Shown: piece after piece, positions 49,201-60,502 of the stretch
Layout of the letters: each line of letters opens with the position of its first letter
Position numbering within the stretch: position 1 is the stretch's first letter
Assembly: GCA_905178155.1 (NCBI GenBank)
Contig: CAJINV010000002.1
Span: 4,645,709-4,709,708 of the forward strand
DNA length: 64,000 bases
DNA from: Amoebophrya sp. A120
Lineage: Eukaryota > Protista > Dinoflagellata
Direction of reading: 5' to 3'
Made by a program: the position numbers and the translations under genes
Notes under the pieces: generated by a model
What the model was told of the DNA's origin: nothing
The model's input: the letters and a program-made list of their open reading frames with translations, nothing else
Databases searched by the model: none

Positions 49201-50031
49201 TTCCAGACCCAGACATTTTTACATTTGATAGTTGACGAGCTTTTCTACTCGCCCGTTCGGGAGTTTCAGTTCCTCCGTGTGCTTCTCTATCCCCTTCAAC
49301 CCGACAATGTCCCCGGAGGAAAGCTCGATGTAGCTGTTTTCCGGGAAGGTTTCCGGCTTCTGCCCCTCAGGCACGGAAAACCGGACCAGGGGGTCTTGGT
49401 CCGCTTTCTCGATGGACTCAATGATCCGCACCAGGGGGTTTTCGCCGTTTTTGTCGTTTACCAAGTGGTCGTCGCCGTGGTCCGCAAAAATGGTGGCGAA
49501 CACGCCATTCGACCGGGCGTAGAGGAAGGAAATCTTGTTCTTGCGGCAGAATTCGTTGTAACTTTTCAATTCTTCAAAACGGAAGCTGCTGTCGGTGATG
49601 ATCATCACGGAGAATTTGTTCTCCAAAACTGCCTTTTCGGACAAAGTTGTTACATCTGGCAGTCCCCCGGCGATCTTGCACAACGGGTTCAGCTCCTGTA
49701 ATCTCGGTGGAATTACGTCGTGCTTCTTCTTTCCGATGTCTTCCTGCTGGAGAAAAAAATTCACGCCCAAGTCCTTCGGCTTCACGATACTATCGTCGAA
49801 AATCGTCAGACCGCCGCATCCTTGTAAAACCAAATTCTTGCAGGTCTCGATCCCGACCCCGTTTCCGCCGCCGACAACGAGAATCTTCAACTTTGTCATT
49901 TTCAGCGTCGTTTCCGCACCGAAGGCCGCGTTCTGCCGGGAAAACTTATCCAGGAACTTCTGCTCGTTCTCATCCTGCGCGGGAACTGCCGCGGCGGCGG
50001 TAGTTGTAGAAGTACCGTTGGGGGCCGTCAT
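43230..50031 (-). CDS. UBA1: Ubiquitin-activating enzyme E1; nine TIR introners plus about four canonical introns
   Basis: DKFSRQ, GKFTPI, FMVGCGALGCELLKNFAL, DADRIELSNLARQFLFR, NALDNMEARLYVD, LLESGTMG, catalytic IPMCTLRNFP, DFEKDDDFNFHI, KLIAGRIIPAIATTTA. Confidence 0.95.
43588..43737. mobile_element. TIR introner, family A (in UBA1)
   Basis: Ends tatgaactgcaaaag / cttttgcacaggata; repeat agttc; removal gives EWRN-CKATG. Confidence 0.92.
44076..44310. mobile_element. TIR introner, family C (in UBA1)
   Basis: TIR tatggcgttctcaaacgttacattctca / tgagaatgtaacatttgagaacgccata; repeat ttggt. Confidence 0.92.
44420..44744. mobile_element. TIR introner, family F (in UBA1)
   Basis: TIR core gtcaggatcgaaatcgacaaagttgaa / ttcaactttgtcgatttcgatcctgac; TAT..ATA ends; repeat gttcg; removal gives AYPN-PHSVWDKL. 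Confidence 0.93.
44792..45073. mobile_element. TIR introner, family E (in UBA1)
   Basis: Ends tatcctctgcaaaaacatccccacccc / ggggtgcggacgtttttccttaggata; repeat cttga; removal gives GKIK-EEFF. Confidence 0.9.
45967..46119. mobile_element. TIR introner, family A (in UBA1)
   Basis: Ends tatgcattgcaaaactatcgtact / agtacgatacttttgcacgagata; repeat aatct; removal gives FRDKI-KDLV. Confidence 0.92.
46320..46653. mobile_element. TIR introner, family D (in UBA1)
   Basis: TIR core ggaaaaatcccccctccccata / tatggggaggggggatttttcc; flanks tttca/cttca; removal gives KTVK-QLAK. Confidence 0.92.
48091..48246. mobile_element. TIR introner, family A (in UBA1)
   Basis: Ends tatcctgtgcaaaagtatcgtact / agtacgatacttttgcagtgcata; repeat gccga. 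Confidence 0.92.
48668..48945. mobile_element. TIR introner, family E (in UBA1)
   Basis: TIR tatcctgagtaaaaacgtacccacacca / tggtgtgggtacgtttttactcaggata; repeat tcccc. Confidence 0.93.
48980..49230. mobile_element. TIR introner, family B (in UBA1)
   Basis: TIR tatcaaatgcaaaaatgtctgggtctggaaga / tcttccagacccagacatttttacatttgata; repeat gttga. Confidence 0.93.
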
Positions 50032-50626
50032 GGTGTGTTACTGTTTATATTCGCTTTACTTGTGTAGTGTTTTTCGAAGTAATTTTTTCACTTGGGCCGA
50101 GGGTATGGTAATAGCGGTAAAATCACTGGAGATTTTTTCTTCTTGGCGGTTAGGGTTACTACTTTTAGTGACTACGACGCTCTACTTTTGTCGTGGGAAA
50201 GACAGAATGTTGGCGAGGGGTTTATGATTAGACCGGTTCCCAATTTCAATACTTACTTAGCCAAAACATTTGTGTTCTGTGGTAGAATCGCTGCAGAAAA
50301 AAATCAAATAATTCTTTATCCGTACTGAATCTACATTATATTAGGACGCGTCTGCGCTACAAACTTTGCGTTCCTCTTTTTTTCCGCCGTAGAAGTTCAA
50401 GTTGACGTCTTTTTTACAATAATTTGACCAACCAAGAGTCTGAGACGAGGTGGCATCAAGAGTACAAACGTGCTTCTTTTCAAGAATCAATGATCTAGAT
50501 CTTCGTGCGTATACTTAATGTTTTTTGAGATTCAGATATTTGTGACACACACAGCACAAGAAGAAAAGTTTTGCATGGGACCTCGCGCTTTGTGTTTTTC
50601 CAGCCTTTTTGCATCGTAGCCACGAA

Positions 50627-50699
50627 GGCTATACGATTGCCATTGCAAAAATGGACCACGATGATCGTGGTCCATTTTTGCAATGGCAATCGTATAGCC
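50627..50699. repeat. Perfect palindrome, 36-bp arms with 1-nt spacer
   Basis: ggctatacgattgccattgcaaaaatggaccacgat g atcgtggtccatttttgcaatggcaatcgtatagcc. Confidence 0.95.
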
Positions 50700-50898
50700 A
50701 GACACGCAACTACATGAAGCAACAAGTGGTCAAGCTTTAACAACACTGTCAAATGTGTAGATGTTCTTCTTTGGTGGACCAAACCCAAACTCTGATCTTT
50801 GCACTGAGCTGTACGACTCTAATATACGAAAAAAATTTTCATCATCAAAGCGAAGTCAAAGAAAACGAAGATGATCCTTTCTTTGTGCACCGAAGCAG

Positions 50899-51917
50899 GC
50901 AGGCATGATCAGAGAAGTCCACGAGAAGACATCTAGACTTTTACTGAAAAAGTTGTTTCTTGGTACGATGAACTGTTGTTTTTTTAGACTTTTACTGATA
51001 TGTTAGTTATTCTCATATGTCAAAAGTACTATCTTAATCTAGTACATGAAAAACAACAACTGTACCACGAGAGACAACTGAACAAAGTGCGCGCCGACGT
51101 GCTGGCGCGCAAGCAAGCACAACATTGCGCGGGGCACCAAAGCTGGGGGCCCCCTTTGGGCGCAGGGGAAACAAACAGCGGGCACCCCCGCAGGCCTAAC
51201 AGCGTGCGAAGGGAAGCGCCCGCCCCCGGCGCGGGCCCATGCTCTTACACAGCCACACACTCACAGCCACCAAGGTAGGCGGCGCCAGCCTGTGCTGGTG
51301 GGTGCTGTTACGGGAGTGGAGTGAGGGGGGGGCGGAGGGTAGCCACATCACTCAGGGGGCACCGCGCAACGCAGCCAAGCAACGCCGCGCGCCCTGCACA
51401 GGCCGGTGCGTGGGGCCTTAGGGGGTGCCCACTTGCAGCAGCCGCGGCGGGCTGCGGGACGAGTTCGGCGGCGCCGTCGCGGGCGGTGGCCCCAGTCGGA
51501 GGCGCGGGCGCCTCCTGGTGCGGGGGCCTGGCGGCCAAACTAACAGAGGCAACCCCCAAGAACGAAGAAGGCACACTAAAAGCCGACAGGGCAGAAGCAA
51601 AAACTAGGGCTCTCCGCCGTAGGCTAGGCGACCTAGCGTCACTGTCCTAGCCTAGGCGAGTCCGCCGCAGCGTTTTGGCCTAGCATGTCAAAAACTAGCT
51701 TCGCAAACTCGCGCAAGGCCCGGACTAGGGTAGTGCATGAGGAAAAAATGAGGAAAAACAAAGCAAAACGACTTGCCCCACGCCAGGCCGCGCCAAACGT
51801 CCAGGGCACTGCGACCCATCCTAGCCCGGTGCATTGGACCAGCCTCGGTCTAGAGCGCCGTCATGCTAGGATTCCGCAGGCATGATCAGAGCAGTCCACG
51901 AGAAGACATCTAGACTT
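50899..51917. repeat. 42-bp direct repeat pair bracketing ~935 bp of mostly GC-rich sequence
   Basis: gcaggcatgatcagag(a/c)agtccacgagaagacatctagactt at 50899-50940 and 51876-51917. Confidence 0.85.
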
Positions 51918-52922
51918 CCGCAACGAGGACCCGCTGAGGGGGGGCTACAGCTACGCCGTGGTGCACGACAACGGACAGCTTCTTAGTCAGCTTCTGTTGA
52001 ACTGGCGGAATTCTCGAGGAGCGGTACAGGGCGGGAACTTCCTCAGATGTAGTTGCTGTGCTTATCATATCCTGTGTAAATGGTGCGTGCATTGAACAAT
52101 GCATTCCTGAAATATTTGTTTCATATTCACAAATAAATAGTATATCACACACGACACACTTCATCCGTTCTCATGAGCAGCGCGCTCTTCTGTCACTAAC
52201 CTAGAAGTATTTCGGTCTTACACGTTGACCTGCTCTATCTCGGTAAAACAGCTTACCTCGTCGACGGAGCGGCGCAACACCAAAAATCACGAAATGGAAA
52301 TTTTTCAATCTTTCAGTTTCTTGTGCGAGTATTAACATTCATTTTCATATTTATAGTGTTGTCAGCTGTAGGTACAGTTTTCAGTTTCCAGCTTCCCTTA
52401 CGGTTACCCCCGATGAAGATGAACGGGTTCAAAAAGCATTACTTGCGGCCAATCACTGCCGCGATCCGGATCCGGCTTGGTTGTGTATAAATATTTATAT
52501 GAAGCAGCACATTCGAGCAGCGTCTGGATCCCTTCCTTTTCACGCACGGCGACAGCCGATTATTTAGCGTTTGAGGGCCAAGACCCTTACTGCTTTGCCC
52601 GTAACTGCTCGGCCTGAAGCTTCACAAACTCGGCTGGCGGTACCCAATCGCAGTCAAACTCCTCCGGAGGTATCCGAGTGCACAACTCCCCCACCTCGTC
52701 CCCCTCATTTGAACAAGGGCACGAACAGCAATACAGGAAAGCCACCAAAAATGTAGCCTCGTCCGCATGAAAAATTTCTCTGGGGTATTTATAACGATTG
52801 GTGTGGTCATGCGAACAATGCAGCTTCAAGGCGGCAAGAACGGCAACGTGTGTTGTGGATTTCGAAGCTTTGACGTTCTTTTGCATCACATTCACAAATC
52901 ACAAAGCTAATGAAAAGGAGTA

Positions 52923-55900
52923 CTAGCAGTAGTTGTGCAATCTGATAGGAGGAGCTGGCAATGCAGGAGGAGACGCCGGGGATGCAGGAGGAGACACAAC
53001 CGGGGACGTCGAAGATGTAGCTCCTGCTTTCTTATCACCTTGTGTCTCTACGCCTTCGGCTTTTTCCGCCGTGGTTCCCTGTGCGAACTTTTCCGCGTCA
53101 AAGTGCGCACACGCCTGCTCTCCGAGAAACTCCCGAGGCTGCTTGAAGGGTCCGGGCGTGCCGCTGTCGCCCACCGGGGCCGCCAGGTCCAGGACCGGGT
53201 CCCGGAAGAACTCCATGCGGTGGGCGTCCAGTGCCTCGGTGAGCGGCACGCCCATGCCCCAGAATTCGTCCGCGCGGGACAGAAACCATATCAAATGCAA
53301 AAATGTCTGGGTCTGGAAGATTAAAACTTGTCATGCTAAATCCGAATAATGCAAAAATCTGTGTTGCATGAGTGCCAAAAGCTGTCAACTTTCGACCAAG
53401 TTGGGAGGAAGTTTCTCGCGCGGGATAGGCATGGCAGAGACCTCACAGACTCTGTCATGCTAGGTCCTGCATTCCAGACCTCATGGGTCATGCAAAATAT
53501 GCATGCCAAACCTGGCAACGTTCCAGACTCAGATGACATTTTTGCATTTGATAAACCAAGCCCAGGCGCGACCGGAAACAGCAAACACCGTGCGGCGGAC
53601 GCGCGTCTTCTTGCTCAGAAGCTGGAGAGAAGGATCTTCCGAAGATTCATCACTCGCGCTCGGCCCTTCTTGTGGCGATGGGTTCTTCTTGCTTCTTTTT
53701 GCCGCTCGGGTGCTGCTATCACTTCGCGCACAACTCCCGTCGTCCCGCTTGTTCCCCTTTATTTCTCCAGAAGTACTGGAGGTAGAAGTAGTCCTTGAGT
53801 TAGATGCTTCGGTGGCCTGTTCTCCCAATTCCGGTGCAGATTGTGACCTCCTTGTAAAAAAGAAAGAAGACGATGAGGACGACGGGGTTGCAGCGGTGCT
53901 CGACGCTGGCGCTGCTCCGGGCGGAGCGGTGCTTTTCCTTTCCTGCTTCCGGAGGAGCCGTTTTGTCTCATACGCCGACTTCATTTTCGTTTGGCGGATC
54001 CAAAACACTTTTTCCAGCACGGGCACAACCATTTTTGCGTCCGTGAAACTCAAAAACGCCAGCCGCGGCACGGGGTCCTGGTTGTAGAAGACATTCATAG
54101 TGTTATCAACTGTAAAAATGTCTGGGTCTGGAAGATTGCAACTTGTCATGCTAAATCCGCAGCATGCAAAAATCTGTGTTGCATGATTACCAAAAGTCGT
54201 CCAGTTTTTACCAAGTCTGGAAGTAGTTTCTCATGCAGGATAGGCATTAGAAAGGTCTCGCAGAATCTGCCATGCTAGGTCCTGCATTCCAGACCTCATG
54301 GGTCATGGAAAAGCAGCATGACAAATCGCGTATTCTTCCAGACCAAGACATTTTTGCATTTGATAAGTGTTGGCCATCAACAATTTCTCGGTGTCATCGT
54401 ACTTATCTTGGCCTCCCAAAAATGTAACCGGCGTGCCCGACGGAACTTTTCCGGTGAGCAAATATTCCTGGGCGGGGACCGCCCGATTGCCCTCGGATGA
54501 GTAGATCGGCGGCGCGGAAAACACGATGGTGCGGAACTCTTTGTAGTTCCGAGATGGAAGATCATGCGCTTGTTGCCGCGCACCACGAAGAGATGAAGTA
54601 GATGCAGCACCCGCTCCGGAAGTAGTAGATTGTTCGTACTTTCCGCGGATCAGAAATTTCATCAGCGCCGAGTCGTACCGCAGGCGGTGCAGCACCAGCG
54701 CTTGCGCGCCGCCCAAGCTGTGTCCGGAGACGAGGATGGTTTTGAAGTTTTGCCGCAAGCGTTGCTCCAAGTAAGTTTCAAACTGCTTCCCGAGCTGCCG
54801 GTTTTTGTCGAAAACGTTCCGTGCCAGTTCTTGGAGGTTGTTTGGGTAGAAATGCTGCAGGTTTGCCGGGATGTCCTCGCGATTCGTTTTGATCTGCAAC
54901 TTGGCGGCGAAAATCGACGCGTGGTAGGTTTTTTGTTGGTCATCGAGAAGTTGTGTTTTTTCCTCGTTGTCACCGCAGTGTTCTACTTGCAGTTCTTTCT
55001 GACACTCCTCCCGCAACTTCAGTTCCAGTTCTGCCAATGCCAGGACCACGCGGTCGAAGAACCCCTTGTGCAGTTTCAAGTAGCTCGCCCCGGCGGAGGT
55101 GAAAGATCCGACCACAGTCTTCCAATAGTTTTGCTGCCCCGTCTCGGGATTTTGGGCTTCGGAAAACGAGGTCGTCGCGTCGCTGTACCAGTGGTAGACC
55201 GGACTGTAGTCGTCTCCCGCCGCGTCCACGTTGGTCGCCCAGTCGTCCAGGTAGGCGGTTTTTCCGTCCATCAGCCGGGTCCCGGTGCCGCGAAAGGTCA
55301 GGTTCAAGGTACCCCCGTCCGTGTCGTGCGAGAGGTAGCAGAACCACTGGGGCAGCATCTTTTGGTTGATGTTTTCGTTCTCCGAACCGTCCTCGGACAC
55401 ACCGGCGAGCGCGGGGAGAAAAGGAAGGGTCTTGGGGGCCAGATGGCTGGAAATTTCGTTGGACACATACGCCAAAACTTCCCTGCGCACCGCATCGTTG
55501 TTCAGAACTACATGGTTCACCTGATGTGAATTTTCATTTGTGAACAAGCTGTCTTTTAGTTCTTTTCCGTTTGCATATGCATACGTAAGTACATATTGAT
55601 ATTTATATGTTTTCCTCTTGTACATAGCGTTGCAAAAAAAACAAAATTCCCTTCCTGCTATCGATTCTAGTTTCACTAGTTGAGTTGTACCTCGTCCGGG
55701 TCGACGTAGTCATTTCCCAGATTTCCCAGCTGCCTTCTGAGTCTTTCAGGCGCATTCCGAGCTAGCTTTCGGAGCCACCGCCCAACTTTGAAGTTGTTTT
55801 CTACCAGTTTTTTGAGCACAAGCTGCGAAAGCTTCTCCAGCATGGCCTCCAAGCTTGTGACGTAGCGGTGCTGGGAAATCTTCTTTTCGCCGAAGAGGAT

Positions 55901-56839
55901 CAAATTTTTTTCGGGAAAAACAGTGGATTTGGATCTGTCATCCGTCCACGCGGAGCCAAAAAACCACCAACCATCCTGCTGCAGATTCTCAAACTCCTTT
56001 TCCAACTTAGCTTTTGACTCCCGGATTTCTTTTGACGTCTTGGTTCCGTCCGCGAGCGACTCAGTCCTGGAAGCCGCAAGTCGGGATAAAAAACCTGAGC
56101 CACGAGCACGACTTTTCCCTTCCAGCAAGATATCCTCCATGACTGTCCCACGGAAAAAGTGTTACAGTTCCACATTTGTTTGTCAATTCAGCAACACAAA
56201 TTTTCTCTGCATGAGAGGGGAAACGTGCAATGCGGAAGCATTTCTGGCATGACAGAGGTTGTCTGTCATGCTGAGCTTGCAAAGCAATGTGTAACTGTAA
56301 CACGTTTTTCTCGTGATAACAACGTACTCGTGCTCGTACGACAATCGGGAATTCTTCCAGGCCTGCCGAAACTCCCGGCGCTTCTTCAGCGAACTGTGAA
56401 TCGGCTGGTGGAGGACGTGTGCGACCGTGACTTCCTCAGCCCGCCGTTCCGCGTCAGCCGCGGCTACCAGTTCCGGGTTCGTTTGTGCATCTGGCTCCGA
56501 ACGACCTGCAGGTGGTGGAGGAGAAGCTAGAACTCCTGCAGCGGCTCCGGCTGCTGCGTCCGCGTCACTCAATAAAGCAGGGCGGCTTGTTTCTAGACCT
56601 GGAGGTTGCCGCGCAGCAGCAGCTGCTGGGCTCTTTGGAGTTGTTGCTGCTCTACTTGGTGCAGCTGCTCCTGCAGAGGTTGTCGTCGCAGTTGTACTAC
56701 TAGTAACCGCCGGCAAAGCCTGACATGATGTTTCAGGATCCGTGTAGGGGCGAAAGAAATGCTCCTCTCCCTGGTTCCACCCAGTAGCCTGGGTCCAAGC
56801 GGTGTTTACCTCGCGACAGAAATCGCAAACGCCAGACAT
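52923..56839 (-). CDS. Class-3 (fungal-type) lipase-domain protein; three introners and one canonical intron (~55521-55690)
   Basis: LTFRGT, DDWATN, LHKGF, nucleophile ILVSGHSLGGAQA, FSAPP, and after introner removal NVFYNQDPVPRL; 3' end approximate. Confidence 0.85.
53289..53553. mobile_element. TIR introner, family B (in lipase)
   Basis: Ends tatcaaatgcaaaaatgtc / gacatttttgcatttgata; repeat aacca; removal gives WAWF-LSRA. Confidence 0.92.
54104..54365. mobile_element. TIR introner, family B (in lipase)
   Basis: Ends tatcaactgtaaaaatgtctgggtctggaaga / tcttccagaccaagacatttttgcatttgata; repeat agtgt; removal gives MANT-MNVFYNQD. Confidence 0.92.
56144..56318. mobile_element. TIR introner, family G (in lipase; inverted relative to 59699 copy)
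   Basis: Ends tgtcccacggaaaaagtgttacagtt / aactgtaacacgtttttctcgtgata; flanks atgac/acaac; removal keeps frame (EYV..EDILL). Confidence 0.85.
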
Positions 56840-57246
56840 TTATGCATTTTTGCCAACACATGTCTTCATCTCGGTCTGGTCCTCGTATAAAAATTCAGGC
56901 TGAAATGTTTCATGCTTATTCTCGTCACATGGCAGATATCGTCCTCAGTCATGGCTCCTGGTGCTCTAGAATCTGTGATAAATTTTTCCAAAGGGCGTCG
57001 CGGCTTGCGCTTGCATCTCTCTTGCGAAGATCGCACGACTTTTTGTTTTGATCGCCTTCGTTTATAATATGCAATCACACACAGAGCACGGGGGACGAAG
57101 TACGAGTAAGTTGTCAGCACTCTTGCCATTTTAGTACAGTCTGTATGTCTTTGTGATTGTGTATGATCACAAGATGATTTACATTTGGTTGCTCCGGGCG
57201 AATGATCTTCACTAGCATCACAAGCGTTACCGTGTGGTTAACATTT

Positions 57247-57906
57247 CTATGCATAACAAGACCAGTAGTTAGACACGAATACAGTATCAACTATGCGTAT
57301 CACTGGGTCGCGGTAGGCTGAGGAACCGGTGTAGAGTAGTCCCGCCGCACCAGGAAGAGCCTGCCGCAACGCGGTTAGGTAGCCCTTGCCGTCCTTAATA
57401 TCCTCATTCTGCGGCTTGAAGCCGATCATCAGGCGATACACACTACTATCGAACCACGCTGCCGGCCATTTTGGGGCGGTGGCCTGTCTGGTGACCACAT
57501 TCACCAGCGCCCCGCTGTTTCCTAGCTGTTTTTGAAAGTTGTCCAAGATGGGCGCCGGCGTGGGGCACAGTTCCTTTTTTTGTTGTGATACTGTCACTGC
57601 ACTAGAGGACGATGCTCCTAGACCTAGGGTACTTCTAGGTGGACCGCTTGTGCTTGGAGCTCCTGAAAGAAGTATTTCTACCCCACCATCGCCTGTCGTG
57701 GTCCCTGCTTCCGCAGATGGGGCTCCACCCCCTCCTGCACGGTCAGCGTCTGGAACGACCTGCGGCTCACCCGGTTCCTGCTCGCCCGCTCCTCCTCCAA
57801 ACGACCAGAAGCCGGACTTCTTGGCTTCCGCAACACCGCACAGCACGTGGATCACGAGACAGCCCGCGGCCCGCCTTAGCAGATTTTTTCTTTCCGGTAA
57901 TCTCAT
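57247..57906 (-). CDS. Hypothetical secreted protein (may continue in further exons)
   Basis: 219-aa ORF with signal-peptide-like N-terminus (RRAAGCLVIHVLCGVAEA); no recognisable domain. Confidence 0.55.
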   Translation of the reverse strand: MRLPERKNLLRRAAGCLVIHVLCGVAEAKKSGFWSFGGGAGEQEPGEPQVVPDADRAGGGGAPSAEAGTTTGDGGVEILLSGAPSTSGPPRSTLGLGASSSSAVTVSQQKKELCPTPAPILDNFQKQLGNSGALVNVVTRQATAPKWPAAWFDSSVYRLMIGFKPQNEDIKDGKGYLTALRQALPGAAGLLYTGSSAYRDPVIRIVDTVFVSNYWSCYA

Positions 57907-59026
57907 GGTTAGAAATGAAACTTGGGAGTGTTAAGAAATGCTTTGTTTTTGCTTTTGGGGGAGGTATGTTAAAATCAAAGTTTATTCCCATTCAGAAGGA
58001 AAAAAAGTTGCCAAAAATAAACCAGACAGCGTGACACACATCACAACAAGTTTGGTGATAGTTGATGATCAATCTTCGGGCTCAAAAGTTGAAGGTAACA
58101 CTTACGCGCATTCTCAAAAACGTCTAAAAATCTCACAAAATTAAACGTCTCATGGGGGCTTTGGGTTTCTTTATTATTATTATACTCCATCAACAGGGTG
58201 TAATTGTAATATTACATCATACAGTGAAAAATATGAAATGCTGCGAGTAAGATTAGAGCCTGGACGGAGGAATGGCCACAGAAACAAGTATCTATAATCC
58301 GTATAATTGATCTTCGTAGTTGGTGAAGTACTACGTTATCTCGTGATGATCAAGGGACAAAAAGCCACTTGTTCCCGTACTGGGACACACTTCAGACTTC
58401 ACCACGTCCGCGCGAGCAGTTATGAATACTATATTTAGATCGACAACGCACAGGATCCTTATCCTTTCTTAAAAGATCTCCTGCAAGAACTGTGCACGAT
58501 GAAACGCGGGGGAACCAAGTTCGAGCTGGAAGATCGTCGGCTTTGTGAAAACTTCGCTCCGGCGCAGCATCGCATCACGTCAAAACCGATGGCGTTGGTC
58601 CTCTTGAGTAAACACACGACATGAGGACTTTCGCCTTAATTAGAGTGATTTCAGGTGCACGTGCACGTGATCTCCACCTTCCTCCACGATTTCGGTTTCG
58701 GTGCTAGACGGTCTAGTACAAGCACGTGCACCCCATCAATTCGAGTCTTTATGTTAAACAAATCAAGTAACAGCAAAATAGAATCGGCGTCCTCCACTCG
58801 TCTCTGCAATAGGTCGAGCTTGTTGACGACCAGCTTCATTCGTGCTCATTGCGGAGAGTTTTCATCGAACTACGGAGTCGATCCCTGATAGAAGGACTCT
58901 GCATTGCTGTGGCGGATCTACGTCCTCACAGATGATGAGAAACTACAATGGAAAGAATAAGAAATGCAGCAAAATTGCTGTAGTTCATCTTCCGCGTTAG
59001 CTTCCACTTCAACCCTTCGTCTTTGT

Positions 59027-60502
59027 TTATGAGAGGATCGTCGACGGATCGGGTTCCAGAAAGTAGGTGAGCGGTTGCTTGCCCGAGGGGTCGCTGGAGG
59101 TGAGCACCGAGAGCCGAATCTCCATCTCCGCACCTTGCTCATGGTGGTCAGGATCGCCCGCCGGAGACAGCACGTTTTGGTTGTGAAACAGCAAGGTCCT
59201 CCCGTCTCGGTCCGTCCCCAGGTCCCACTGCTCCGGAGCGGCCGCGTCGAGCTCCCCGGGTGCGTACTTGCAAACCGTCCGCCGCACGTAAAATCGGACC
59301 TTTCCGGTCCGCCGGCAACGGTATGGCACCCCTTCGAAGTATCCCGTGTAAAAACGTTCGCACACCATATTTGTCATGCAAATCTGCATGCTTAAAATGT
59401 TTCTCATGCGGAGCCCCATGAGAAGCATTTTCTAATGGTGTTTTGAAATCTGTCATGCTCCAATCAGCATGAGAGACTCGATCTGTAATGCTGCTGAACT
59501 AGCTCAAACAGCACTACGCTACGCGTCCAAATTTGTCATGCGAAACAGCCAAAGCTTGTGGATTTGTCTAGCCGATTCCCCATCTTGACTATGGGGTGGG
59601 TACGTTTTTACATAGGATACGAAGTCCGTACCCTTCACTGGGTCCGAAACGAACTCCACCAGCCCGTTCGGCTGCTCCACTGGCAGGTCGGGGGTCGCTA
59701 TCATGTGAGAGAAAAGAAAAAGTCACAGTTACTGTTACACATTGCTTTGCAACCTCAACATGACAGACAAGAACCTCTGTCATGCCAGAAATGCTTCCGA
59801 CCTTCATGTCATAAGTAAGTGTTTTCCCTTATGGTCTGCGCATTGCAAGTTATTTTCTCTCCCATTCAGAGAAAATTTGTGTTGCTGAATTGACAACAAA
59901 TGTGTAACTGTAAACACTTTTATTTTCGTGGGATAGTCGCTGAACAGAGCTCTTTGATCGACTTGCCTGTAGCGTCTCCCTCAATTTTGTACAGCTTCTT
60001 CCACTTCTCCTGGTACGCCAGCACCTTGCCGCGTTCCACCGCCGAGAGGACGCATCCGTACTTGTGCATCCAGGCGGTGGACTTCATGAGGTCCCCCAGG
60101 AATTGTGCCTGCGCCTGCTCCACTGACATCGACCACTGCCCGCTCTCCTATGGAAGCGTCAGGTTTGAAATCGTCAAAGTTGAAATAATTTCAATTTGTA
60201 ATGCATAAAATGCGATACAAAAAGTGACTCTATTGCAGAGGACCCACGGGAGGCAGATTTTAGTCCTGGTAAGGGTCAAAAGTTGGACTGCCAACTAGCA
60301 TGACAGAAGGCAGCTCCTTTGCCCTAAACCGCATGACAGACTCGCTTCCGTGACCGGGAAAATTTGTCATGCACCGACTACAAACTGTAAGTCTAACTGG
60401 TATCCGTTTTATGCATGACAAAGTATTTCAACTTTGACGATTTCAAACCTGACACATCCATATCTCCTCCGCATTGTGGATGCTTTTCCCCCCCTTGCCC
60501 AT
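59027..60502 (-). CDS. Hypothetical protein split by three introners; 3' end may lie in a further exon near 58650-58840
   Basis: In-frame reconstruction MGKGGKSIHNAEE-SGQWSMSVEQAQ...ELCSA-TPDLP...KGTDF-EGVPYRCRRTGKVRFY. Confidence 0.7.
59340..59619. mobile_element. TIR introner, family E (inverted relative to 48668 copy)
   Basis: Ends tatcccgtgtaaaaacgttcgcacaccata / tatggggtgggtacgtttttacataggata; repeat cgaag. Confidence 0.92.
59699..59935. mobile_element. TIR introner, family G
   Basis: Ends tatcatgtgagag...gttacacatt / aatgtgtaactgtaaac...cgtgggata; repeat gtcgc. Confidence 0.9.
60149..60462. mobile_element. TIR introner, family F
   Basis: TIR core gtcaggtttgaaatcgtcaaagttgaaata / tatttcaactttgacgatttcaaacctgac; TAT..ATA ends; repeat tctcc. 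Confidence 0.93.

Noticed and set aside
3001-50031. Interrupted genes as pseudogenes
   Set aside because: Exon sequence has intact catalytic motifs and open frames, and frames are restored by one consistent removal rule.
4862-54278. Recurring short peptides such as QKYRTR, CAKVSYSY, PDPDIF and CKNVWVWK in the ORF track, suggesting a protein repeat family
   Set aside because: They are translations of introner TIRs, not coding sequence.
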